Notes: generated by a model not told the origin, from the letters alone. Shown: positions 50,073-62,790, counted from the whole stretch's first letter. The stretch is DNA of 63,511 bases, filler included, from Chiloscyllium plagiosum (GCF_004010195.1; 4 parts of one record of this genome joined end to end with filler, not necessarily neighbours in it), one strand, 5' to 3'. A program made the numbers and translations.

Positions 50073-51329
50073 CACCTAGTTCAAAATTTCACAAAGTGTT
50101 TCACAGACACTGAAGTACGTTGCAGGTGTACTCACAATTTGTAATGTGACAAAACACAGCAGTTAATTTGGCTGCAGCTAGGTCCCACATATAGCATTGG
50201 GATAAATGCCCAGATCATCTGTTTCTTTAGTGTTGTCGGCTGAAAAATAATCTTGACAAACAGACTTGGAGAACTTCCATCCTCTTTTCTGAGTAATGTT
50301 ATTGACTGATTTAACATCTCATTTCAATATGGCACTTCTGGCACCATAACCCTTGCTCAGCACTGCACCAGTGTTGGCCTGAATTAGATGTGCAAGTAAC
50401 CTGAATGGGGTCTTAAATCTGTCACCCTTTGACAGATAAGAGCACTAGCACCGAGTGAAGTAAAAATGCTGTGCACTAGTTTCAGCACAGGGGAGCAGTC
50501 AGGAAAGGGAAGCACGTAGGAAAATATGATTGAAGCTTAGAAAGAGCATTCAGAGGATCAGAAAATTGAAGAACAAATAGAGAGAAAAGTTGTAAATTAG
50601 AATAAAAATAGAATCATCATCAGATAACATCAATTTGCTTGATCCTGTCTAGGAACGATAAAGGAGGCCAATAGAGCTCCTCCAGTATTCAGTTTTGAGG
50701 AAATTTAATGTTTCATTCAAAGGTAAAATTATTCAGAGACAAGACAGATAAAAACATATGTTTTGGAGCAGCAGCTTTAGCAATGAAGATATGGGAGCTT
50801 CATTTGGGATTGGAAGAGATATGCAGCCAAGAACGTTGATGGATAACGAAGGATTAAGGGTGGAGCTGTCAAAAAAATTAGGTGTTGGCTGTTGGCGAGA
50901 CTTCTGAAAGATCTAACAAAATACCCTTTGAAGAAATGAAAGAAACAAGATTCTCATCAAAAGATATCAAGATCACCTAACTTGTATGAAACTGAAACAG
51001 GCCATTTGAGACAACCAGTTCACACAGATGTTGGTATGTTCTACTTCAGCCTCCTCATAACTTTCTTCATTTCAATCTATCATAAGTCTGTATTTCCTTA
51101 TCCCTCATAAACCTGTCTAGCTTCACCTTTAATGTGTCTATGTTATTCACTTCAACCACTCCCTGTAGTAGTGAGTTCACCTTCTCACTAATGTTTGGTA
51201 AAGAAGTTGCTTTTAATGCAGGATGAGAAAGTCCTACACACTGCTCAGGCAAAAAGACCCAGGATTATTTGAGAAAAGCAAGTGGAATTATCTAGGAAAA
51301 ATAACACAAATCAATCTTCTTTTAAATAA

Positions 51330-51830
51330 TTAACTCATGGGACTTGGGCATAACTAGCAAGGCCAGCATTGCCTATCCCCAAATGTCCTTGAAAAGGTGA
51401 GCTGCCTTCTGGCACTGCAGCAGTCCATGTGCTGTAGGTAAACCCACAATTCCATTAGAGAGGGAATTCTAGATTTTGACTCAACAACCGTGAAAAGATG
51501 TTATTCTGGATCTGAAGTCAAATGTAGACCAGATCCAATAACGGCAGCAGATGATCTCTCTTGAAGGATATACTGGCAGAGATGGACTTTAAGATAGTTT
51601 CAGTTTCATAATTATTATTAATGTGATTTCGTATACTAGATTGGCTCATGCCCGAAACGTCGATTCTCCTGCTCCTTAGATGCTGCCTGACCTGCTGCGC
51701 TTTTCCAGCAACACATTTTCAGTTATTAATTAATTTGACGAGTTGCCGCAGTCGGATTTGAACCCATACCTCTGTAATACTTGTCTAGGTCTCTGGAGGA
51801 GCAGCCCAGTAACATTGCCATTATGTTACC
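51330..51830 (-). mobile_element. tRNA-derived SINE with RTEX-like tail; PLE-end fragment inserted at ~51643-51722
   Basis: GGATTTGAACCC (reverse B box); tail matches 52517-52570; GCCCGAAACGTCGATTCTCC. Confidence 0.65.
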
Positions 51831-52024
51831 ATACCCATAAGAACTTTGCAATTAAGACAGAGGAGAGGTGTACTGTTGGTTTCAGAAGTGTTATGCTTGA
51901 CATAAATACAGAAGAGAAAGATGTTGGAGGAACTGGAAGGTCACAACTAGTGTATTTGAAAGTTGCAGTTAACATTTGGTCTAAGTGCAGGGGATTGACT
52001 CATTACAGAAGCGTAACAAACTTC

Positions 52025-52580
52025 CTGACTTCCTAAAATCTGTCTATCATCTACAGTGCACAAGTCAGGAGTGTAATAGAATACTCCCCACTTGCCTGGA
52101 TGAGTGCAGCTCCATCAACACTTAGGAAGCTTGACACCATCCAGGACAAAACAGTCCATTTGTTTGGCACCACATCCTCAAGCATCCACTCCCTCCACCT
52201 CCAGTGCTCATTAGGAGCTATGTACACTATTCTTTACCAAGACACACTGCAGACATTCACCTTAACCAACTACTTCTAAACCCACAAACTTTACCATTTA
52301 GAAGGACAAGGGCATCTGATGCGTGGGAACATCAACACTTGCAACTTTCTGTCCAAGCCACTCACCATCCTGACTTGGGAAATATATCACCATATTTCAG
52401 TGTCGCTCATTCAAAATCCTGGAATTCATTTCCTAACAGGACTGTGGGTCTATCTACAGCATGGAGAATGCAATGGTTTGAAAAGGTAGCTCACAACTAT
52501 CTCAAGAGCAACTAATGATGGGCAATAAAAGCTGGCCCAACCAGGAAAACCCACATCGCATGAGTGAATGAGAAAAAAAA
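52025..52580 (+). mobile_element. RTEX-like LINE 3' end
   Basis: IYSAQVRSVIEYSPLAWMSAAPSTLRKLDTIQDK; TGAATGA-type tail. Confidence 0.65.
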
Positions 52581-54419
52581 CACAGGAACAGGGATAATGT
52601 TGATTTGCAGTTTTTCAGTGCAATCCAGGAATAGTCAGATTTATTATGAGTCAGCAAAAAGACAGGTCTTATTATTGATTGAACCAAGTTGCAGTACATA
52701 TTGGACAAGAAAATTGCCTCACTGCATGGCAGATGTATAAAGGTGAAGTGAATTGATTCTGAAATCAAGATTGGACTCTACTTAGTCCTTACCCAATTCT
52801 GCCACAAATCCCACTACAGCCCACATCACTCAGGCCCCGACAAGATTCTGCTTATAGCATTTCCTACCTATCCACTAATCTACTGGTATGAATGAGTACA
52901 GTAGCCCACGAAAGAGATAAGATTTAAAAAGGCATTATTCAAAGAATAAAGTGATCATGTGTGGAGAGAAAGCAGAGTTACTTTTCAAGTCCACTGACCC
53001 CTCCTCAGCACTCAAGTTCTGTATGGGTTGTAATTGTATAGGTTGCGCCCAGCAAAACCAATCTATTTTTAATTGTACAGACATCCAGTTGGCACAGATT
53101 GAGCATTTATCTCTCTCCCAGCTTATCAGCACCAATCTCTTTGCTTCTCTTTTCCCTGTCTCTGGGCCCCATCTCTCTTGGTCTCCACCTATTTCACTCA
53201 TTACTCCTGCCTTCCTCTGCCCACCATGTTCATCAGTGTACGTAGGGCCATTTCCCAGGTGTTTTCTTTTCCTTTAAAATATTCCTTCTGGTTCTCTCTT
53301 CACAGATGCTACAGTACCTGTTGAGTTTCTCCAGTAATTTCTGCTTCTGTTTCAGAAAAATGGAGCCTTAGTTTTACACCCATCTGATAGGTGGCATCTC
53401 TGACAGTGAAGTTTTCCTTCAGCACTGTACTAGTGAGTCACCTTTTATTTTTGTTCTCAAGCTCTGAAGTGGGATCAGTGGTGTGAGTACTACAAAGCTC
53501 AGATACCACCTGTAATCCTAGGATGTGTACTCATTTTAAAGTTGGTGGGAACAGGGTAGTGCATGCTGATACAAAATGTAATCTAGAAAGTATTGAAGCC
53601 GGTCCTGAATCTGTCAACGAAGATCAAATGGCCACCAATGCCCCTTTGTTCTTGTGTTTTAAATCTCTCTGCACAAAACTGCACAGCATCTCCCTTTGTG
53701 CCCCTCCCCAAGCTGAGCTGGTTTGCAATTGACTCCTATCTCTTTCCCCTTAATGCCCAGATTGGACATTATTTTCCAAATGAATACTAACCAGTATTTT
53801 GCAGAGGTTCTTGGGAGAGAAAAAACCCCAATTGTCATTTGAATCAGCACGGTACCGGCAGTTAGCAAATTTTAGCACACCAATTTGTCCACAACAAATT
53901 CTACTAACACATGTATTTTGCTCAGGAGCTATAGGTTATAAAACATGGAGGTGAATGGGTTATAAAGATTCCATTCTGGAAATGTTCATATTGATTGCGC
54001 AGTACATAGATTTTACAGCACAGAGCAGACTATTTGGCAAAATTAGTCTATACAACACAAAGATCTCCTTAATTATAATAATATTATATAATATAAAACT
54101 AAATTATATTTTTCAATTACATCTCATAACTTTTATTTGAAGAAAAATTAATTGCATGGGTCTGTTTCCTGGAGCATGACTGCATATATACCTCAAACTA
54201 ATGCTCATTTTGCCAGCTGGCTTGCTCATAGAATTAGTTGTGCCTTGTCATATTTAATTATAGGATCTTGGGACCAGTGAGCTCCAAGGTTTTCTATATA
54301 AAGCTGCAGTACCACCTGGCCTTATCATTTGAAATAGCATTACCACAGGAAGCTGTGAGTTCAGCAGTGGCTTTTCCTGAGGGGATACTGGGACATCCTG
54401 CAGATTGCACTTGGAATCT

Positions 54420-55332
54420 TAGTCAAGAGTGGCATGCTGGAAAAGCACAGCAGGTCAGGCAGCATCCGGGGAGCAGGAGAATCAATGTTTCAGGCAAAAG
54501 CCCTTCATCAGGAATGAGGCTTGTGAGCTGAGGGGGTGGAGAGATAAATGAGAGAGGGGTGGAGCTGGGGGAAAGATAGCTGAGAGTGTGATAGGTAGAT
54601 GGAGATGGGGATAATAGTGATAGGTCAGAGGGCAGGGTGGAGTGGATACGTGGGAAGGAAGATGGACAGGTAGGACAGATCATGAGGGCGATGTCGAGTT
54701 GGAAGGTTGGAACTGGGATAAGTTGGGGGGAGGGGAAATTAGGAAACTGGTGAAATCCACATTGATGCTGTGTGGTTGGAGGGTCCCAAGGCAGAAGATG
54801 GGGCGTTCTTCCTCCAGACATCGGGTAGTGAGGGTGTGGCGATGTAGGAGGCCCAGGACCTGCATATCCTTGGCGGAGTGGGAGGGACAGTTGAAGTGTT
54901 CAGCCACGGGGCAGTGGGGTTGGTTGGTGTCGGTGTCCTGGAGATGTTCTCTGAAGGGCTCTGCAAGTAGGCATCCTGTCTCTCCAATGTAGAAGAGACT
55001 GCATCGGGAGCAACGGATACAGTAAATGATGTGCAGGTAAAACTTTGATGGATGTGGAAGGCTCCTTTGGGACCTTGGATGAAGGTGAGGGAGGAGGTTG
55101 GGCACAGGTTTTGCAATTACTGCGGTGGCAGGGGAAGGTACCAGGAGGGGAGGGTGAGTTGGTGGGGGGTGTGGAGTGACAAGTGAGTTGAGGTGGGAAT
55201 GGTCTTTACGGAAAGCAGATAGCAGAGGGGAGGGAAATGTACCTCTGGTGGTGGGGTCCGTTTGGAGGTGGCAGAAATGTCGGTGGATGATGAGATGTAT
55301 ATGGAAGTTGGTGGGGTGGAAGGTGAGGACAC
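54420..55332 (-). mobile_element. PLE 3' fragment (GIY-YIG plus terminal HHR at 54480-54515)
   Basis: IIYCIRCSRCSLFYIGETGCLLAEPFREH..; CUGAUGA-AGGGC UUUU GCCU-GAAAC-AUU. Confidence 0.9.
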
Positions 55333-57407
55333 ACTTTAGAGGCTACTGGGCTTAATATTGAACTCAACAAATGACTAATTTTTTAAACTTTTTGCTGGTT
55401 TCTTTTTCTTCTCTTGTTTCTCTCTTATTTCCCTCTCCTTTGATTTTGAAAGGTCGCTATTCAGGGTTCTGCATTCCCTTTCCCTTTGCACCATGAAACC
55501 CTTCGTCATTTAATCACATCGCCCCCCCTCCCAACTTACCATAGACTTCCTCTTTTGTTTATCATCCCACCCTCCTTCCCTTTTATTTGCTCAAACCAAT
55601 TAAATTTTGAACTTTCCCCTGTTCCGTTAAAAGATCACAGTGCTGAAACATGAATTCTATTTCTCTGCAGAACTGCTGAGCATTCCCAGCTTTTTCTGTC
55701 TTTATTTTAGATTTCTGCAACATTGAACACTGTCTTTTTGTTGGAAATTCCCCTTTATTGGCACTGATTCCTCTTGAAACAGTTGAGTAGGCACTAGTTT
55801 TTGTTGGGCATTTTATTCAGTTGACGGTTGCTCATGTGAGAGCTTTGACACCGTATATTAGAATTTTGATACTGGATCAACTCAAACGATTGAAATCCAG
55901 TCTTTGCCTGATGTTCATCCACTTCCTAATGAGGAAGCTGGAGCAGGTGGCCGAATGATTTCTTTTTCTCTTCCATAACCCAGGGATGCTGAGGTCAATG
56001 GTTATGCCCCGCTGCTATCTCACTAAGATCCTCACAAGTCGAACCCTGGACCTAATATCTAAAGCTGACACTTTGCAGCATTGAAATAGTCTTTCAGATG
56101 TTACTAGATCGTAGCTCCAACTACCTTCTCAGGTACAAAGGGTCACAAAGGATCCCATAACATTGTTCTGAAGATAGGCTGGAGGTTTTGCCTGTGTCCT
56201 GAGCAAAATTTATCTACCAATCAACTTCACTGAAATTATATAGTTACTATCTCCTTGCAGTTTGTGGGAGATTGCTGAGCTCTCATTGGTTACTGTCTTT
56301 CCCTATATTACAGTCGTGACTACATTTCAGAAATACTTAATTGACCATAATATGCATTGAGACATTCTGAGCCAGTGAAAGGCACTGTATAAAATGTCAG
56401 TTCCTTTGTTTCTTTTCTTCCCAGTTATCATAGTTCAGTGATTAGTGAATAAAATAGTTAAGACTTCACAACCGTAATGATAACAGTGTCAGCTGAATAG
56501 CTTCCTCAAAGCTCCATATGAGTTAATACGGAGTGTTGGCTATATGGATGCTAACTATATCATGAATGTCAATATTTGGGAACCTGGAGGTTGTGTTAGT
56601 GGCTTGTATAGTTGCCAACTCAAGTTGAATTACTCCCAGAAATTTCATCATGTGACCTTTTGCTGCCAACTCCCCTGCCTTCATGTCCACCCATCAGGTG
56701 TACCCTTGGTCTTCCCACACCAAATGTAAAGTGAACAATCCCAGAGGTCAATCTTTTAATTGCTAGAATCCACATTGGCAACAACAAATCAACCACTTGC
56801 TTTTCACAATGTCATTAGCCTAATAAGACATTCCAAGGCAGTTCTCTCAGAGACAATCAAATCAAATTAGATACCAAAGCACAAAAAAAATTAGAACATG
56901 CAACTAAAGATTTGTCCAGAAAAGTTGATTTTAAGGAGCATTTCAAGAGCGAACAGTGATAGAGAGAAGGAATCCAATGTTCAGTGCTCATAAATAGTCC
57001 ATAATGAAGCAATTGAAGTCAAAAGATGAGAAAAGCATAACTATCTTTAAGTCTTGAGAGGCTGGAGGCAGTTACATGAAGAGGAAGGGGCAAGACCAGA
57101 GAGGGACTTGAAAACAAAAATAAGGCATTGCCCAACTGGTAGCCAATGTGAATACAAGGTGATGGGTGATCAGAACTTGATGTAAATTTAGGATACAGGC
57201 AGCGGAGCCTTGCATGAGCTGTAGGTTACAGAGGTTATACAATGGCAGGAATGAGTTTAAATAGTTAACTCTAGAGATAACAAAGCCTTGTTTGAGGGTT
57301 TCAGCAACTGATGAACTGAGAGAGGGCTAGAGGGAGGCAATGTTATGGAAGTTAAAGGAGGCAGTCATGTAGCTGGAGAAGATTCTCACAGTACTAACTC
57401 AGTTTAG

Positions 57408-57558
57408 AGGAGAAAGTGAGGTCTGCAGATGCTGGAGATCAGAGCTGGAAATGTGTTGCTGGAAAAGCGCAGCAGGTCAGGCAGCATCCAGGGAACAGGA
57501 GAATCGACGTTTCGGGCATAAGCCCTTCTTCAGGAATAGGGAAAGTTTGTCCAGCAGG
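57408..57558 (-). mobile_element. PLE terminal repeat with intact HHR core (57502-57537)
   Basis: AUUC-CUGAAGA-AGGGC UUAU GCCC-GAAAC-GUC-GAUU. Confidence 0.88.
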
Positions 57559-57660
57559 TCGTTTCGCTTTTGTGGGGATTTTAAACAAACAGTAAATTGT
57601 TTTTCACAGCTGGATAAATACCCAATCTCTCTCATCCAGGATTTATACACAAAGCTGTCG
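57559..57660 (+). mobile_element. Gypsy LTR-retrotransposon RT fragment cut by a gap
   Basis: SFRFCGDFKQTVNCFSQLDKYPISLIQDLYTKLS fits the Gypsy RxCxD(Y/F)KxxN..YP(L/I)PxIxDL motif. Confidence 0.75.
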
Positions 57661-57760
57661 NNNNNNNNNNNNNNNNNNNNNNNNNNNNNNNNNNNNNNNN
57701 NNNNTTAATTAATTAANNNNNNNNNNNNNNNNNNNNNNNNNNNNNNNNNNNNNNNNNNNN

Positions 57761-58687
57761 CTTCCTAGTTCTCCGAAGTCCCGCTGTAGTATGTTTCTCC
57801 TCTTCTTCCCGACATCATTTGTGCCGACATGTACCACCACCTCTGGCTCTTCACCTTCGTCCTTGAGGATTTCCTGCACTCTGTCTGTGATGTCTTTAAC
57901 CCTGGCACCACGAAGGCAACACACCATTCTTAAGGCCCGTCTGCTGCCACAAAAACCCCGGTCAGTTCCTATCACTATGGAGTCCCCTATTACCACATCT
58001 GTGCGATGTCCGACTCTTCCGCTCTGTCTCCACGCCAACTTTTGATTGACAGACCTGGCCACCTCGCGGACTGGGAGTGTCATTTGTCTCTACTGTTTCC
58101 AAAGGATTCAACTTGTTCCTGACAGGTACTTCCCCCGGGGTCTCTTGCACCTGTCTCCTCTCTGACCTCCTCATTGTCTGCTCGATTGGTAGAATAACCT
58201 CGCTGAAGGTCTTGTCCAGAAAGATCTTGTTCTCTCGGATGAGCCTAAAGTTCTCGAGTTCTTTCATCAGTGCTGCAATATGCTCTGTCAGTAGCTGAAC
58301 GTGCACACACTTTCCACACTTATGCAAGCCAGACACACCAGAGTCGTTGACCTCCCACATCAAGCAGGTAGCACACTGAACCAGCTTGGCAGTCATGTCT
58401 TCACCCTCTTCAACTGTGGCATAATCACTTCACTCAACCTCCTTGTCAATGACTCCTGAGCTAAAGCCTCACTCTTCAATCCACAGGAACTTCCTTGGAC
58501 CCTCTTTTTTGGGGCAAGTCTGTGGACTTTTAATTTAGGTTAGAGGAGGAGGGAGGGAGGCCCTACTTTGTAGGACCTGGGGTCTAGAACACACCCACTC
58601 AAATAACAATCACTTACCTTCCCGACCGGCTTTACGCTCTGCCTTCACTTCTGCCCAGCTCCCGCCGCTCTCTGATGCGAAAAGACC
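57761..58687 (-). mobile_element. CR1 5' end: 5'UTR plus ORF1 (zinc finger, coiled coil, SGNH esterase)
   Basis: VQCATCLMWEV..CGKCVHVQLL; VVIGDSIVIGTDRGFC..VCCLRGARVKDI..VVVHVGTNDVG; one frameshift. Confidence 0.92.
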
Positions 58688-61600
58688 ATTGGCGTCAATT
58701 TTAGAAACCTATCGGTCAATGTCAGAAACCTATTTTGGCAGCGGCGATTAAGTCAAATTCCAAAATTTCCGGTTGGGTGGGAGGCCAGGAAAATAACCAC
58801 CCCGCACGGTTGTTATTGACGACACCGTGTGCTAAATGTGTTAGCCAAACAAGGACTAGACTTCCACGCAAACGGAAGAGACCATAATAGTTACTCCGGC
58901 ACGGCTGCCCTCTGGCAGGCACGAGGGAGCCGGTAATAAAGTCCAGAGGATTCAGGATCAAGTTTAAATTGAAGGATTCATAGAGAAGGCCCTTCTAGAA
59001 TCTTGTTCTTTTAATAGCCAGACAATTTTTAATTCGAATTTTAAAGGGCCCTTTGATTTTAGTCAAATTGGAGAACCAGAGAGCAATAAAGAGAAAAGTG
59101 AGAGTAGGATTATTCATCCGGTTGTTATTGAGAAAGATAAAATAGAAATAATAATAGAATATCCCTTAGATAATTTTATATGTAAATTTTGTAACAATAT
59201 TTATAATACGACGGGAATGTTTAGAAAACATTTAAAATTGTGTAAAGGGATTAAAGCTGTGAGAGTTAAATGTAGTAAATGCGGCTGGGAGGGTAGTTAC
59301 CACTCAGTCGCACGTCACTACCTTAAATGTAATAGTAATATAAATGAGAGGGAAGAAGGTATATCATTCCAATGTGAAATTTGCCCGATTAGATTTACAA
59401 CAGCTATAGGTTTAGGACAGCACAAGAGGCACGTGCACCCTAATTTGAGAAATGCTAAAAGAAATAAAGAGAAAAAAGGTAATTTGGAAAAAGTAGAGAA
59501 AGGTAAAAGAGGAGAGTGGTCCAACTCCGAAATAAAAATGTTACAACAATTAGAACAGGAATTTATAGGTTGTAAAAATATTAATAAACTTATCGCTGAA
59601 AAATTGAAAACTAAGACGTCAAAACAAATTTCTGATAAAAGAAGATTGTTAGTTAAACATAATAAGATTAGAGAGAAAGTTGCGGGCACAAGTCAGGAAG
59701 TAGTCCCCATTAATGATAATAGAAGTGAAGAGAATAGTGATCTAGATTTAGATACTCCAATAGAGGAGATAGTAATATATGAATATAACCATCAAGGAAA
59801 TAATAATATTTATGGGAATGTAGGATCTAAAGACGGATCATTAATAGAATTAGTAGAAATGATGGAGGACAAAATAAGTAAAAGCAAATGTATAATAAAT
59901 GATTTTGATAGCATTATGGATATGATAATTGGTAAATTAGGGACCAATGATGAGAGCAATAGGTCAAAGAAATCGAAATATAAAAAGGGATTAATTACTA
60001 AGCAGAAAGATAGTAGACAAGAATGTAAGACGAGGGTAAATAATGCTAAAAGAAGATATAGTAGGAAAAAAGGAAAGTTTAAAGAAACACAGGTTTTATA
60101 TAAGAATAAAAGACAATATTTAGCTAGAACTAAATTTAGCTCCGGCTAAATGCGAATGTCCGCTTAGCAAGGAGGAATTGGAGGATTATTTTAAAAGTAG
60201 ATTATCTAATCTTAATGATAAAAGTAATTTGAGAGGTTTTGTCAAATACAAAGGTCAAATTGAGGGATCAGTGTGTGACATGCTGACCAGCCCTATAACG
60301 GTAGAGGACGTCAAGCAGGCCGTTAAGGCGATGGACATTAAAACCGCGGCTGGGCCGGATCAGATGACGCTTAAAGAACTGATTAGAATATTTAATGAAG
60401 ATAATACGATACTCTACAGAATTTATACCATTTGGTTGAAAACAGGCAGTATCCCCGATATAGTAAAAATAAGTAGTGCAGTATCAATCCCCAAAGTTAA
60501 TGATGAGGTTGGGTTAAAGAATATTAATAATTGGAGACCCATCACAATAGATCCAATTTTGCTTAGGCTTTTTACGAAAATTATAGCTAATAGGTTAAGT
60601 GAAGTTATAAATTTAAATAAACGGTAAAAAGGTTTTATGGCAGGAGTAACAGGTTGTGAAGAGAACATTAAAATTTTGTTGAATATCATTAGTGGAGCTA
60701 AGAAAAAGAAAATCGACTTAGCTGCGGTATTCGTGGACCTGGCTAAAGCCTTTGATACCGTTGGGCGCACATTGATAATAAATGCCCTTAAGAGAATTCA
60801 ACTCCCTCTAGTTTTTATTAAATTAATTATGAGCTTATATAATAATAACTTTACTAGGATCGAAAGTTTTAATTGTAAAACGAATAAGATCAAAATTTTA
60901 AGAGGGGTTAAACAAGGTGATTCTTCATCACCAATTCATTTTAATATAGTTATGGACCCCCTTATAAGTACTATTGAAGAAAGAAAAAAAAGGAATATTT
61001 TTGGGTTAAGATAAAGAAAGTTATCATTGTGCAACCTTAGCATTTGCCAATGATATAGCTTTGATCAGCCAATCCTATGAAGGAAGGGCATACAATTTAA
61101 AACTGATAGAAAAGTTTTGTAATAATACTGGGATGGAAGTTAATGTAAGAAAAACTAAAGGATTCTACTTTGCTTAAAATAAAATCTTTATTTATAATGA
61201 TGGGGCAAATTGGAAATTTAATGAGGGAAATGTACAGTTTATAGATCCAGGAAGCACCGATAAATACCGAGGTGCAAAAATTGATCCATGGATTGGGGTA
61301 AGCCAATTGAACTGGGAAGACCAATTAGGTATTTGGATAGACAATCTTAAAGGATCTCTTTTAAAACCTGTACAGAAATTGGAACTCTTAAAAGTGTATT
61401 TTATCCCTAGACTTTATTACTATTTAATTTTATCGGAAGTATCATTAAACTATCTTAATAAACTTGATAATATAACTAAAAGTGCAGTAAAAGAAATATT
61501 ACATCTCCCACAATCCATCACAGATGGGTTTTTATATACTAAGACCCGTGATAGTGGCCTTGCGTTGAATAAATTGTCTACATTTATTCCAATTGCTATT

Positions 61601-62790
61601 TTAAAGAAATATGAAATGCTATACAAATCCAAGGATGAAATTTTACATGCCTCATTTTCATTCGAGGGTGTTAGTATAGCTACAAAAATGCAAAATATTA
61701 GTAAATTGAAAGTTTTAGAGAAGATTTGGAATCCAAATATAAATCGACAATTGGAAGAAATGGATATCACTGATGAGGAGAATAATGGTATAGAGGAATT
61801 TAGTAATAAGAACTGTACCAACTGGAGGTCTATAGAACTTCAGAAATGGATGGCCTTGCCCTGTCAAGGAGCAGGCATCCATTACTTCAAGAATGATAAT
61901 ACCTCCAATAATTGGTTGACAAAAATTCAATATATGAAGACATCCAAAGTAATAAATTCAATTTTATTACGAACGAATTTTTTTCCTACAAGGGCATCTC
62001 AAGCTTATGGAAGGCCTTTTAATATCAAGAATTGTTGGCGATGCAATGATAACTCAGAAACGATTGCGCATATTTCAGGATGGTGTCCCTACATAAAAAA
62101 TATGAGGATTAAGAGATACAATAGAATAATGGAAGAATTAATAAAGTTTATTAAGATAAAAAGATGGATAACATACGTGGAACCACGCATAAAAGATAAT
62201 ACTGGGAAATTATGGATACCGGATTTAACTTTTAAGAAGGAAAATCATGTTATCATGGTAGATGGAATGATTAGAATGGACATGCAAATTAACTCACTGG
62301 AACAGGCTTGGGAAGAAAAGAAAGAAAAATATAAACATCTAGAAAAGGAAATAATGGTCCTCACAAAAGGAACTAGAATATTCTTTTATGGATTCGTGAT
62401 GGGATCCCGAGGAAAATGGTTTGAAAAGAACAATGAACTAATGAAAGACCTCGGGATCGAGAAATTTAAAACCTTTGCTCAAAACATCATAAATCTTGTG
62501 CTATCTTTGACTCTCGAGGAGTCAAAGGATTTTTAAGGATTTTTATGGACTCATAGGATTCTCCATTTGACAGAATTTAATAATTTGTAATTTTAGATTA
62601 TTTTAAATAAGGTTTTAGGTGAATTTTAAATTAGTATTAATTTTAAATTAGTATTTTATGATTTTAATATTTTATTAATAAAAGTAAATTGTTTTAAGTC
62701 ACTGATTAAGGGTGGTGGGTAATATTGGTGTAATATAATTAAAGTGCACACAACACATAACAAATGATGAGCGGTAATATAATCGAACGC
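58688..62790 (+). mobile_element. R2 (clade A-type) non-LTR retrotransposon, near full length, inactivated
   Basis: Three N-terminal zinc fingers, Myb domain, RT, CCHC knuckle and RLE endonuclease in one ancestral ORF; structured GC-richer 5' leader; AT-rich 3'UTR. Confidence 0.92.
58968..62536 (+). pseudogene. R2 protein ORF (ZnF x3, Myb, RT, CCHC, RLE) broken by frameshifts and stops
   Basis: CKFC..HLKLC; CSKC..HYLKC; CEIC..GLGQHKRHVH; WSNSEIKML..KNINKLIAEKLKTKTSKQISDKRRLL; TAAGPD; NWRPITI; VFVDLAKAFDTV; GVKQGDSSSP; AFAND; CWRC..ETIAHISGWC; RYN..PD..D..KKEKY. Lesions at ~60140, 60625, ~60985-61009 and 61175. Confidence 0.9.

Noticed and set aside
53600..54420. Repeat-poor blocks (also ~46200-46620) as enhancers or exons
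   Set aside because: Only scattered short motifs; not supportable without conservation data.
3568..57558. Dispersed hairpin repeat as a CRISPR-like array
   Set aside because: Eukaryotic context, no regular repeat-spacer period, no cas genes; explained by PLE ends.
58842..58849. TAGCCAAA resembling the downstream half of the R2 28S target
   Set aside because: Only 8 bp, inside the 5' leader rather than at the 3' junction, with no further 28S match.
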